From positions 47,037,847-47,101,846 of the forward strand of contig CP154954.1 in NCBI GenBank assembly GCA_039621445.1: a DNA stretch of 64,000 nucleotides. Reading direction: 5' to 3'. This DNA comes from Euglena gracilis (Eukaryota). Position 1 is the first letter of the stretch. Every line of letters begins with the position of its first letter. The position numbers and the translations under genes are program-made. The notes beneath the pieces are model-generated. The model did not search any database. It was not told where the DNA came from and was given only the letters and a program-made list of their open reading frames with translations. This document shows, piece by piece, positions 51,313-63,002 of this stretch.

Positions 51313-54300
51313 CCCGGGACCCACGTTCCTCTTGACACTTAAGTTTTTTGAAGCTGCCTACTTGATGAGGGGTCAGCCCCATCGAGCTTTTCGCACCTCC
51401 CAAATGGAGTAATGTTGGGGGGGGGGGCAATCAATGCGCAAGAAACAAACTTGACAAAGGAGGTTGATGATGTGTCGCAAAAAGATATCCCTTTTTGAGA
51501 TGCTGACTTGTGACAGCTTTTGGAGGTGACATCACATCTTGAGAACCTGGACAGAGCATATGATGACATGACCTCACCCTCCCCTCAAAGTGGCCACCCT
51601 CCAGACACCCATTGGGGGGGTGGTCAACATTTGGCCTTCGGCGCCCACTTTGAGGGGGGGTAAACCAAAATTCGCCAAAGAAAATTTGAGCATGTGGACA
51701 AAATGGCTTTTGGGTCTATCTTGCTTGGTTAACTCCTGAACGTCAGGGGGTGGACATAGGTGTAGGAACAATTTTTCCCCGGGGGGGGCGAGCCAAAAAA
51801 TTTTCTTGGCACAACCAAAATGAATTTTTCTCTGTCCTCCTGGCCCCAAAGGGGCCGAGACGCTGGCGTCTCTTTGAAGCCCAATGGAGCCCAGGTACAG
51901 GGGGGAGGGGGGGTCCCGGGCCCACCTGTTCACTTCCGAACTGAACTGGACATGTTGACTTCCCGGAGGGGGGGAGGGGGGGTCCGGCGCCGAAGGCGCC
52001 AAAATTTTTTTGAAAAAATGCCCTTTTCGGTGTTCGCCCGTCGTTCCGTTTTTCGGTTTTTCCCCGAAGTGATCAAGCACATCCAGGTACACGGGGGGGG
52101 GTCTCAGGACCCCCCTGTGCACTTCCGAAGTGAAGTCAATGGGTAGAACCCCTTTGGAAACCTCCCAACTCAACCCAACTGTCGACTTTGCAACCTGGGA
52201 TGGGGGGGGGGGCGAAGGAGCGATTTTTTTCACTTTGCGCAAATTGTTTTTTTCATTGAAATTGACCTGCAGAGTTTCCCCAAACCCAGCTGGTCAAGAA
52301 AATGGAGGGGGGGGGGGACGCATGGGGAATCGGTTTGTATTCAAACAGCCAAGGTGAAAGTGGTTTGTGGGGTCCCAAAAAAAAAACAATTAGTATCAAA
52401 GGAGGGGAAAGGAGTCGGTTTGTGGCCAAAATTAGACATCAAGAAGTGCCATGGGTTTCAAGGAGGTGAAATGAGCATTTCCTCAAGGGCTTTATTTCGG
52501 CCGCCAAGGGCGGCCGAGACGGTAATGGCTTTTGCAATTTTATTTTCCAGAAATGTGATTTTGACTGGTAAGGTGGCTGCCGAAGGCAGCCGAGATGGTA
52601 ACGCCCTTTGAACCATTGATCATGGCATTGCAAAGGAAAAAATTTTCTTTCCAAAATCCCGGGGGGGGGGGGGCGGCCGCCCCCCCCGACCCCCACTTTC
52701 TACACCTGGGGGTGGAGATCATCCCCCCTTTCCTGCTCCAACTGACCCTGAGGGGGCCACAGAACGCCTTTTCAGGTCCAAGACGGCCGGAGGGGGGCCT
52801 TTTCAGGCTCGCTCGCGCCGTACTCGCACGTCGCACGTGCTTTTTTTGCGAGTGTCGCCCATGTCGGCGCGCTGTCCTTTGCCGTCGAGATGGGACACCG
52901 CGAGCCGTTGCTCACGCCTCTCGTCTCGCTGGCCTTCCAGAGGGGGCCCTTTTTCTCATTGATGGTATGGCGCAACCTTGGAGATCAGGCGGTGAACTTT
53001 GGGTTTTTTGGGCGGGACCCCCCCACCCCCTCCTCCTCATTGGAAATACCATGCCCCCCCCATATAAGCCCCCCCCCCCCCTGGCCGGCCGAAGGCCGGC
53101 CCTTTGGCCGGGACCGACCCCCCCATATAAGACCCCCCCCATATAAGACTCCCCCCTGGGATTTTGGCTCCCGAGGGGGGGTCTTATATGGGGGGGGGGC
53201 ATGGTACATGGACGAACTTCACCAGTGAACTTCACCGGTGAACTTCACCAGTGAAATTTCTCCATGAAATTCCTTTAGGGGCGGAGCCCCCCACCCCCCC
53301 CCCCCCAACCCCTGCCTAACCTCCCTTGTCTGTTGTTTTTCCGTCTCTCACCTCGGTTTGGAGCATTGGATCCGGAATTATTTGTCGGAAATAGACACTC
53401 ACCCCCACCTACCCCCGTGTATCAGGGTCATTTTTCATTGAATTCCCTTAAAATGCCCTGAGTCATGGCACAAAGTGGGGCCTCCAAACCAAAGCCGGCA
53501 GTCAAAAAAAAAACAAAAAAAACAAAAAAGGTTTTTTGTTTTTTTTGTGTTTTTTTAAAAAAAAACAAAAAAAATGCCAGCGGGGGTATGGTGGAAAATT
53601 TTTTTTCATTTTTTTGGGCAGTTCCCAACATGATCTTGGAATTGTTGCATTTTTTTCTGTCACTTTTATAGCTATTTTCTCACGCCTGGCCGTTATGAGT
53701 CAATAAGGTCAATACAAAACCGAGGAAAGGGGGGGTTGCATGTGTGTGGTGTTTTTTTTTGAGTTTTTCCGTTGCCGACGACTTGGCGCTTGATTCGGCC
53801 GGTTTTTTTAAAAAAACCGTTTTTTTTGCCGTTTTTTTTCTTCAAAAAAAACACGTTTTTTTTTAAAAAAAACCGCCAGCTCTGCTCCAAACCCCCATAC
53901 CCACACCCCCTACAAGGCGGGGGGGGGGCGACAATCAGCCCATCCTGTGCGCATATAGGGTGATGATGGGCAGCTCCCCCCCCCAAATTGTCACCCCCCC
54001 CAATGGTTGCCAGGGAGAGTGCCATTTGGGGGGGGGGGTGCCATTTGTGACATTGATGGGTCACACTGTTTACCCATAAAATAAGTCGTGGGGCGGGGGG
54101 TGCCCAAGGGGGGGCAAATCCCACTGTGGGACCAGGAAAAATTTGCCGGGCTGGAGACCACCCCCAAAACCGCGATTACCACATAACATGACCTTGCTAA
54201 CCATTTTGGACACTTTGGCACTTTCATATTTGGTACCCAGATGCTGCCTCATGCGCCCCGAAGCGATGTCTGAGACGCACGCCGGTTCGGCGGGAAATTT

Positions 54301-55210
54301 CCTGATGCTGGTTTGGGCATGAGCCCCCAGACACAGTCACGTCCATCCTGTTTGTGTCATCCATTCTGTGTGTGCAAAGTGAAAAAAATTCCCATCAGGG
54401 TCGCGATTCTTCCAAGTCCTCTCATGTGTCCCCTCATTTTATGGCTCCGTGCGGATGCTTGGCTATGACGATCCCAGAGGTCGTAGTGACCATGGTTGGG
54501 CCGACCGTTGGCTATGGCTTATCGACCATTGGAGGTCAGGCCGACCAGGTCGGCCCGACCTCCAATCATCTGCATTACCCCCCCTTTTGAAATTTAAGCC
54601 CCCCCCCCCCCAGCTGCATTTCGTAAAATATGATTCAATTGTCAGGAATACAATGGGATGACGTTGAAAATGGCAGTAATGGAACAAGATTGCACCTACT
54701 TACATTGCCAGCTGCCGATCTGAGGAGTAAGGAGAGCAGCGGCACCGCAGAACAGTAAGCATTTCATCCAAAAAAGGTGACATTGGATTAAACTGCGGAC
54801 AGCATTGGATACGCGGTGAAAAAATAGCCCCTCCCCCACATAAGAAAATGTGTTTTAGAATACTTAGTCGGTCTGGGCTGCCCCCCCACCCCTCCCAAAA
54901 TAACAAAACCCCCTTGTGTGTGCAAGGCAGGGCTGGGCAATAACACGCACACCATAACAAAATCCCCTGTGTGTGCAGACTGTTTTGTGTGCTAACTCAG
55001 TCGGCCTCCTCCAGGGGGGGGGCTGCTGCCCTCCCCCCCCCCCCGGACCCCCCGGCCAAAAATAACAAAATCCCCTTGTGTGTGCAAGGCAAGGACGGCC
55101 AAAACACGCACCCTAACAAAATCCCCTTGTGTGTGCAAGGCAGGGGTGGCCATAACTTGTTGTGCGGGTCGCGGTCGTGTCGGGCGTAGTCCAGCAGGTG
55201 GGCGGTAGCC

Positions 55211-55876
55211 CTAGAACGGGTCTGGGTCGGCCCGCAGGCGGTCCACCACCGCGTCCTCCACGGGCAGGCCCAGCGTCCACGGCGCGGGGACCACCCAGTT
55301 CTCCGCGTAGGCGTCGAGGACGCCAGGCGCGAAGCAACCGGGGTGATTGTGCACGAGCGTGTGGAAGCCCATCCCCGCCGCATCCCGTTGGGCGCGGCGC
55401 ACGCACCGCAGGGCGTCCTCCGCCTGCCGGTGGCCCGTCAGCCCCCTGCAGTCGTTCGTGAACTCCAGGTATTCACAGGCGTCCACGTAGAACAAGTTGT
55501 GCTCGCAGCCGCAGGCGCGGGGCTTGAGGAACCAGGCGGTGGACTGCCACTGCACCACCGTCCGCGGGTCGTTCAGCGCCCACCGGAGCGGTCCGGACGT
55601 CCGGTTCAGGACGAGGAGAGTGGTCGGATCGCAGAACGCCACCACCCGGTGTACCCACACCTCCGTGGGGATGCGCGCCCGCGGCCCGCACCGCTGCCGC
55701 TTCACCCCGCGCACCACCACCCGGCAGGCAGCGGGGCTCCGCGGCGCCGAGGTCCCCGGGGCGGGTCGCAGCGGTGGCAGGGTCGCCGGCTGGGTGTCGT
55801 CTGCGGTCCAGAACCAGTCGTCTCCCGCCGGCTGTGCCGCGGTGATCTCCTGGCCGTGGAAATTCAAATTCAGCAT
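55211..55876 (-). CDS. Intronless F-box-like protein (221 aa from ATG 55876)
   Basis: IPTEVWVHRVVAFCDPTTLLVLNRTSGPLR fits an F-box pattern; very high GC3 and an open frame. Confidence 0.6.
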   Translation of the reverse strand: MLNLNFHGQEITAAQPAGDDWFWTADDTQPATLPPLRPAPGTSAPRSPAACRVVVRGVKRQRCGPRARIPTEVWVHRVVAFCDPTTLLVLNRTSGPLRWALNDPRTVVQWQSTAWFLKPRACGCEHNLFYVDACEYLEFTNDCRGLTGHRQAEDALRCVRRAQRDAAGMGFHTLVHNHPGCFAPGVLDAYAENWVVPAPWTLGLPVEDAVVDRLRADPDPF

Positions 55877-55999
55877 CGCGGGGACGAAAAACCTGTGGGA
55901 AAAAAAATAACAACAAAAAAACCCCCAGACCGTTCCACGGTGATAGGCGGGGCGGGGGCAAGCATCCAGTGGTGAATGTGGGGTGAGGGCGCCCGGCAG

Positions 56000-56068
56000 C
56001 CCCCGGCCGAGTGGTCCCCCGCGGCGCCGTCCATGCGAGCGACCCGGGTTCAAACCCCGGTCGGGGAC
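56000..56068 (+). ncRNA. Degenerate tRNA-like element / Pol III A+B boxes
   Basis: A box CGGCCGAGTGGT; T arm CCGGG-TTCAAAC-CCCGG; acceptor CCCCCGG/TCGGGGA; TCC-centred 7-nt loop; D arm defective. Confidence 0.6.
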
Positions 56069-56170
56069 TGGGGTACTTCCGGACCGTCCCACAGAGGGTC
56101 GAAAAGGTAAATATTAGGCTGTGCTCTGGATCCGCCTGGGCTCGGGAGAGCCTCGAACGGGCGTGCAGGG

Positions 56171-56499
56171 TCAGTCGTTCAGGGGGTCCCAGCCAGACCG
56201 GCGCACGCCGTCCACGTACCGCCGGATCCCCTGTCCCCCCCCCCACACCACGAGTTCGTTGCGGGAGCAGGTGTCGGCGGGGGACAGGCAGTAAAAACAC
56301 CAGTCCTCCGCGACCTCGTGTCCGCGGCGGACGAAAGTGTGACCGTGCACCACCCCCAAGGGCAGCCGCCGGTTCTTCCGGGGGCGGTGCCGCTCCCAGA
56401 GGTCCGCGTGGACCTCGGCCTTGTCCAGGAGGTACACCTTTGAGGGGTGACTAGCACAACCCAGGACCCCCCCCCTCCGTGGCTGCCGCCAGGGAACAT
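56171..56499 (-). CDS. Small hypothetical protein, probably frameshifted in a G9 run
   Basis: High-GC3 frame VYLLDKAEVHADLWERH...GWDPLND*; a one-base change in the homopolymer links it to ATG 56499. Confidence 0.4.
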
Positions 56500-57194
56500 T
56501 TTTTTTAACTCCTGCCCACGAGGCAGGGACCCATTCTCTCCAAAAAAGAAATGTTCACAATTTTTGTCAAAAAATCACAATTTTTGTCAAAAAATTGAAT
56601 TTTTCGGGGGGGGGCAAAAAATTTTTGTTTCAAAAAAACGCCTCGATTTTGGAACAAAAAAGAACATTTTGATAAAAATTTTCAAAAAAATCGACTTGTA
56701 TTTCTTTTCGGGCTGGGGGGGGAGGAGGGGCAAAATTTGTTTCAAAAAAAACGCCTTGATTTTGGAACAAAAAACAATATTTTGATAAAAAATTTTCAAA
56801 AAAATCGATTTGTATTTTTTTTCGGGCGGGGGGTATTTTTTTAAAAAAAATGTGTATCGGTTTTTGTCATAAAAAACACCTTTTCATCGTAGAAAATTTT
56901 CTGAAAAAATTTCAATTTGGATTTGGGGGGTGGGCAATTTTTTTTTGTTTCGTTCAAAAAAAGATCAAAAGAAATCGTCCTCATTGATGATGATACGTGA
57001 AACAAACAATTCGGAAGAGAACAGAGAATATCAAAACAAATAAGTGATCTCGTTGAGAGCTTATCGAAACCGACGAATGGCTCCATCGTGACCGGAGGGC
57101 ACGTGTGCAAATAAAACTATCCTATTTCCACAAACACACTGACCTAACTATCCTATTTCCACAAACACACCGACCTAACTGCCGTTATATGGCT

Positions 57195-57857
57195 TCATCC
57201 CCTGCGCTGCCGTTTCGCATTAGCCACACGCAGGCTGCGCCGTACCTGGCTGGCTGCAGGCTGGGGCTGTTGTTGTGGCTCATAGACTTGCTCGGTATCA
57301 CGAAGGGGCTCTTCTTGAGGCTCACGGAAGAGGGGCTCTGCCTCATGAGTACCCTGTGGAATTTTTTTGAAATATAAAGAACAAAAGAAAAATACACACA
57401 TCAACGACATCAACAGGGGAGGGTCGTCCATCTTGTTCGCTTTCAGCCTGAAGAACAAAGGAATTAAAACACACACAAAAAAACATACCACCGAGAAACC
57501 CCGTGTGAGTTCACTCAATATCCAAATGCTCATTCTCACCCAGCCAGCAACATCAGAGGCACTGACTGCTGGTTTCTCATTTTGTGTGTGTTGGAATGAC
57601 ACAACATGCTTGCATGCCATGATGCATGCATGCCATGCATGCATGCATGGCATGATGCATGCATGCATGCATCTCACAAAACACACACAAAAAAGAAACC
57701 AGGTCAACAACAGGGACAGTGGAAACAAAAGCTGGGGTTGGGATTGGGGCTGGCTGCACTGGGGCTGGGGCTGGGGCTGGAGGGGGGTCGGCACGCCGTG
57801 GCGAGCCGTCCGGCTAGGGGGGGGGGGGGGGGGGTTTTGGGGGGGGCGGGGGGGCCT

Positions 57858-57888
<31 letters not shown>

Positions 57889-58565
57889 TTCCAAGAAAAT
57901 TTTCTTTGGCGCGGCTGACATGGCGTGGCGAGGGGGTCTGAAAAGGGGGGGGGGAGGGGGGGGAAAATGGCGTGGCGAGGGGGTCGGTGAGGGGGGGGGG
58001 GAGGGGGGTGCCGACCCCCCGGAGCTGGGGCTGGCTGCACCGGGGCTGGGGCTGGGGCTGGCTGCACCGGGGCTGACTGCACCAGGGCTGGGGCTGGGGC
58101 TGAGGACGGGGTTGGGACTGGGGCTGGTTGCACTGGGGCTGGCTGCACCGGGGCTGGAACTGGGGCTGGGGCTGGCTGCACCGGGGCTGACTGCACTGGG
58201 GCTTGGACTGGGGCTGAGGACGGGGCTGGGACTGGGGCTGGCTGCATTGGGATTGGATAATAGACCAACGGCTGTTGTAGTGCAGTAGCTGGAGGGGGTC
58301 CAGGGGCTGGCTGTGGTAGCAGTGGAGTGGTACAGTAACGTAGAAAAGAGAACCTCGGGGGGGGGGGGGGGGAGGCTCCGACTGTAGGCAGGACTATTGG
58401 GACTCTCAGGACTGTAACGGGGGCTGATCTGTAGTGAACTACGTGGGGAGTGTGGACTGTAGGGAAGACTGGGACCATAATCAAGGGAATCAATAGAGTC
58501 GTACCATGGACTCGATGGGGGGGGGGTATAACTTCTTGCTTCAGACCACAATGAATGCAGTGCAT
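57195..58565 (-). pseudogene. Proline-rich (PAPVQ-repeat) gene with short GT-AG introns, disrupted by a MITE
   Basis: The PAPVQ array continues across the MITE. Short exons AESEQDGRPSPVDVVD and GTHEAEP...VRRSLRVANAKRQRRG* have AG/GT ends. TATATAAAA lies upstream (~58755). Confidence 0.55.
57782..58020. mobile_element. MITE with 13-bp TIR and 3-bp TSD (PIF/Harbinger-like)
   Basis: GGGGGGTCGGCAC / GTGCCGACCCCCC, TSD GGA. Confidence 0.85.
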
Positions 58566-58985
58566 AGTGATACTATTTGAGAAAAATGATTAAAAAGATT
58601 GATCAATTAAGGAAACAAACAAAGTACTCAAACAGACAGACGAGTGGTGTGTATGTGACACGTATGCTACCCATGCAATTCGCTAAGTTACTGTCTCCTA
58701 CCTTCCTACCGGAGTCTCATCGGCCACCAGACGATTGATGCCTTCCTTTTTTTTTTATATACACTAAAGCCAACAAGGATCCGCTCCAGGAAGCCGATTG
58801 GCATTCTCCCAGAATTCCCTTTTGATCGCCCTGTTATCTGATGGACCTTTTCAAATCGTTCTCAATTTGCAATTGAATATCACAAATTACAGTCTCAATG
58901 CACTGAAATTACACTGAACTCACACAGATAATTCCCAAATCTCACCGCTCCTCTTCCCTCTGTCAAACTCTCCAAACAGACAAAG

Positions 58986-59237
58986 GGGGGGTTGGTACGC
59001 CGTGGCGAGGGGGTCCGAATAGGGGGGGGGGGGAGGGGGGTAAATGGCATGGCGAGGGGGTCGGCGACCAGGGGGGGGAGGGGTGTACCATGGTTTTGCA
59101 ACAAAATTTTCGTTCAAAAAATCGCGAAAATCGCCGGTGGCGTGGCGAGGGGGTCCGGCTAGGGGGGGGGGGGAAGGGGGGGTAAATGGCGTGGCGAGGC
59201 CCTCGGAGAGGGGGGGGGAGGGGTGTACCAACCCCCC
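58986..59237. mobile_element. Second copy of the 3-bp-TSD MITE family
   Basis: GGGGGGTTGGTAC / GTACCAACCCCCC, TSD AAG; shares the internal GGCGTGGCGAGGGGGTC motif. Confidence 0.85.
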
Positions 59238-59465
59238 AAGGGGGGGGGGGCTTAAAAAATCTCGTTAGGAAAAGACTACCTCGGGACGTTCTCATACCTT
59301 ACCTTTTTAGGCAAGGAATGAGAAAAAATATCTGGATGGGTGGTTTCAAAAATTGCCATTGTGAGAAGAATGGCCAATTTCAGATTTTTTTCCCATAAAA
59401 TTGCCTTCGTTCGGCATAAATTTTCTTTGATCCGCCACTTTCCTTTTACATTGAGGTGACATAGA

Positions 59466-61012
59466 GGGGGTGTCTCCCCCGCATCCCCCCTGCGTCCCAC
59501 TTTGGAACCAAAATTTTGTTCTCGAGACAGCCAAATTTAGGAGGCTGCTTCCTAATTTCAGGCAAATCTGAGGTTGGTGATTCCTAATTTGGTGTGGGTG
59601 ATTCCTAACTTGCGGTGGGTGATTCCTAATTTGGGGTGGGTTTGTCCTAATTTGTTGTGGTAGAATCCTAATTTGGCCAAAAATTTCTCGCAACAAATTC
59701 CTAATTTCACCGTCCCAAAAATGGCGTCTCCCCCCCCCCCCCCGCGTCCCCCCCCGCGTCCCCGTCCCAGACACCCCCAGAGGGAAAAAAAGTGTTTTTG
59801 AGCAAAAAATTTTTTTCAAAAATTTGGGTCCTGACCTCCTCCCGACCGTCCCCGACCCCTCGCCCAGCGCCCTTGGACCCCCGCAGGGTTCCCCGAATAC
59901 CCAAAATTGGCCCAAAATCACACAACCAGGCCCCGGGAACCTGAAAAAATGGTCAACCCCCCCCCCAAACCTCATGATTGACCCCCCCCAGTTTGGATCC
60001 CAACCAGTGTGGGTCTCGTCTTTTATTGGTAGTTTAAAACATCATTTTAAATCAGTTTTAAACCGTTGTCGAAAATCAAAACGACTGGTTTTCGACAGTA
60101 TGGAAAAAGTCATAGGGCATCTAAACATCTAGCTCACAAAGGAAACGGCCCGGACAGTCGCAACCCAGTGGACGGCATTTCTAAAGCCTCCGGGAGACAG
60201 CGGAACCCTTCGTCAGAAGTTTGTTGTCCGCTCATCTCAGTGAGGCAGTCACCCCCCCCCCCCCTAACCGTCACACGCCTTTCCAATGGCATAGTCCCTG
60301 CCCCCCGCTTTTGGGTAACCAAAAAAAAGGAGACCACCCATAAAACTTGCCAAAAGCGTGATCCCAACCTTCACAGGGGGGGGCAAAAACTGACCCACCA
60401 AAAATTGGCCCAAAATTGTGAGACCCGCGGGCAAAAAAATCACCCAAAACTGTGGCACCCAGTTGCCCCCCCCACATGGCCAGAAATTGGACCAAAACTG
60501 TGAGACCCTGGTGGCCCCACCTGTGGCCAAAAAAAGGCCCCAAGCAGTGAGACCCAGGTGCCCCCCACCTGTGGCCAAAAAAATGGCCCAAAGCTGTGGC
60601 ACCCAGCTGACCCCAAACTGGCCACCCATTGTGCCCACCTGTGGCCCTCGTGGCCCAAAACTGACCCCACCCGTAGACCCAAAAAGGCCCCAAAAACAAA
60701 CCAGATGGCAGATCCAACATTGAGACAAAACCCAGATTGCAGATCCAACACGTCACATCCTTTAGGGGGTGAGGCGGGTTGCGGGGGGGGGGGGGGTTGC
60801 GGGGGGTGCGGGGGGGGTTGCGGGGGAAAACCCGATTTTTGCATGTCAAAATTAGGAATCACCAAGTCGCAAAATTTGGATGATGCCACCAAAAATTAGG
60901 CATTCCCACACATCAAATTAGGATTTTGGTTCCAAATTGGGCATCGCCAACCCAAAATTTTGACCCATTTGCTCTGGTCGGGATGCGGGGGGGTTGCGGG
61001 GGGAACACCCCC
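59466..61012. mobile_element. Composite TIR element with nested repeats
   Basis: AGGGGGTGTCTCCCCCGCA / TGCGGGGGGAACACCCCCT ends; inverted TTCCTAATTT arrays. Confidence 0.6.
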
Positions 61013-61367
61013 TTAACAACAAAAAATTCTTAAAACGTTGCACAAAAGAATTACAGTGCACGGAGAGGCAGAAAAGGAACAAGTGACAGTACACAGCTTA
61101 AACCGTGGGCAGGATCAGGTCCACCTGGTGTCTTAAGTTCAAATCCCAATGAATAAATCCAGTACTTAAACCCCACCAGGGGTGTCAGTTGACCCTGTAA
61201 AGGGAACAAGAAAGAAGCAAACGTTGAGCTGGCAACATTGTGACTGGCATCCAAATCCCAATGAACTAGCACACAACCCCATCAGGGGTGTCAATTGACT
61301 CTAGTGCACCCTACCAAGGAACAAATGAGAAAAAGCAGGGGGAGAAAAAAGCAAACCTTGAGCTTCA

Positions 61368-61560
61368 CCTGCAGCAACCTTGCAGCTGGACTTCTCCAAC
61401 TTCAGCACACCAGTCCAAATGCATCCAAATGCAGTAACCATTTCTATCCTGGCCGCATCCGCGGCATATGGCCTTCACGGCCCCCTTCTCGTCGGACTGG
61501 CGAATATAATAAACCCAAACTCCGCCAGTCAGCGGCCGCCTGTCATAGCTGGAGATGGTG
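61368..61560 (-). pseudogene. BED zinc-finger-like fragment (hAT transposase N-terminus or host exon)
   Basis: GGVWVYY...KAICRGCGQD...WMHLDWC matches the W-x-[YF]...A-x-C-x2-C...HL-x2-[HC] pattern; repeated motifs lie upstream (61561, 61644). Confidence 0.45.
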
Positions 61561-62160
61561 AAAGTCGGATTAGCGTCGAATCGGGTGCCTTTTTTTTTCG
61601 TGATGTTTCTGACCAATTCCGGGCATTTTTTTTCCCAGCATTGAAAGTCGGATTAGCGTCGAATCGCGTGTCTTTTCGTGAGGTTTTTTTCAGGCGAAAA
61701 AGACGGAGAAAGACGTTCAGACGGTGTCGAATTGTCGGAATGGTCTTTTATTCGAGTCGACCTTGCCAAATTCATTGATTGGAGGTCGGGCCGACCTGGT
61801 CGGCCCGACCTCCAATGGTCGTAACGGCCAGGTGGGACGACTATGGTCGGCCCGACCTCCAGGATCTTCACAGCCAATCATCCGCCCAGGGCCCATTTTT
61901 GTTTCATATCTCTGTTGAAGAAAAATTGCAAACACCCAGCAATGAATGCCGGGCCCTGGGGAGCAGGTTTGTGGCCTGGGGGCTGGGGGGTGGCTGGGGA
62001 GTGTTGGCTGTCAATGACACTGGGGTTGGGGACACGGGGGGGGGGGGGCTCTGGCTGCAGTACGTCGGACAGTTGCACCCTAAAATTTTGGCTTTAGTTT
62101 GGTTCCAGGCCTTGTGACTTTTCAACCAATTGAGCTGGAGGAGGAATTGAATTTTTGGTA

Positions 62161-62331
62161 CTTGTTCGCTGCACGACCGCCCGAAATTTTTCTAAGTCGG
62201 AAGTTTTAGGGTTATTGAAGGAGTAGGGTTAGGTGCGCGCATGGCCATGTTGCGCAACATGGCCATGTGCGCACCTAACCCTACTCCTTCAAATAACGCC
62301 ATAATAAACTGGCGGTCGTGCAGTGAACAAG
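62161..62331. repeat. Foldback palindrome
   Basis: 62215-62292 is a 78-bp palindrome with one mismatch; outer 21-bp IR at 62161-62181 / 62311-62331. Confidence 0.9.
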
Positions 62332-62959
62332 GACCGAATTTTTTTCAATGTGGGGAGGATGGTCGTCCAGACCATCATGCCACCATCGTGCTCGCTGGCG
62401 GCTGGTTGCATGTGTTGGTGCGACCACCCAAAAGTCCATAGCCAATTCCCGCTCATATGCAAGTGTTTCACACCACAGGTGGGGGGGAGGAACCACCCCC
62501 TCAACCCCCACCCAAAGTTCAATGGGCGGAGGTGCTTGGAGTTTTTTCCTGCATTTTTTGTTGCGTATCTCCCCTGTGGTTGGGGGGTCTGAAGCAATTT
62601 AGGTGGGCTTGTGCTGTCCAGCAGCCCAATTGGACGAGGCGGTTCGGACCAAAAACAATTCCCGCTTCTTTTTAAGGAACCCCCCCCCGACCCACAAACT
62701 CTTTCTTAAAATATTTTTGGAGGGTTTGACCAAAATCCATTGATCTGAGACCATCCTTGGTCGAGTGGCCAGAGTGACTGACCCTGAGTTGGAAGTGGGC
62801 GACTGGGTTTCAAAAAGTGACCACCCGTACTTTGAGGTGCAAAGGACAATGGGGGGGGGTGATGTATGTCATGGGGGGGTGATGTATGTCACACCTGACG
62901 ATTGGGATCATACCACAGCAAACAAAATGGGGGATGCCAACTGGTTTTTTTTTTGAGGT

Positions 62960-62987
62960 GAACTGACTTGCTCCCTTTCTCAATCAG
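62960..62987 (+). promoter_or_regulatory. Putative trans-splice acceptor of beta-COP
   Basis: CTGAC + pyrimidine tract + CAG, 15 nt before ATG 63003. Confidence 0.6.
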
Positions 62988-63002
62988 CACTCAACAACAA
63001 CA

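Noticed and set aside
56000-56068. Functional tRNA-Gly(TCC)
   Set aside because: The D arm is incomplete, the anticodon stem has only 3 bp and U33 is absent; kept only as tRNA-like.
57195-58565. Single 456-aa intronless protein
   Set aside because: The frame runs through a MITE and probable introns by chance.
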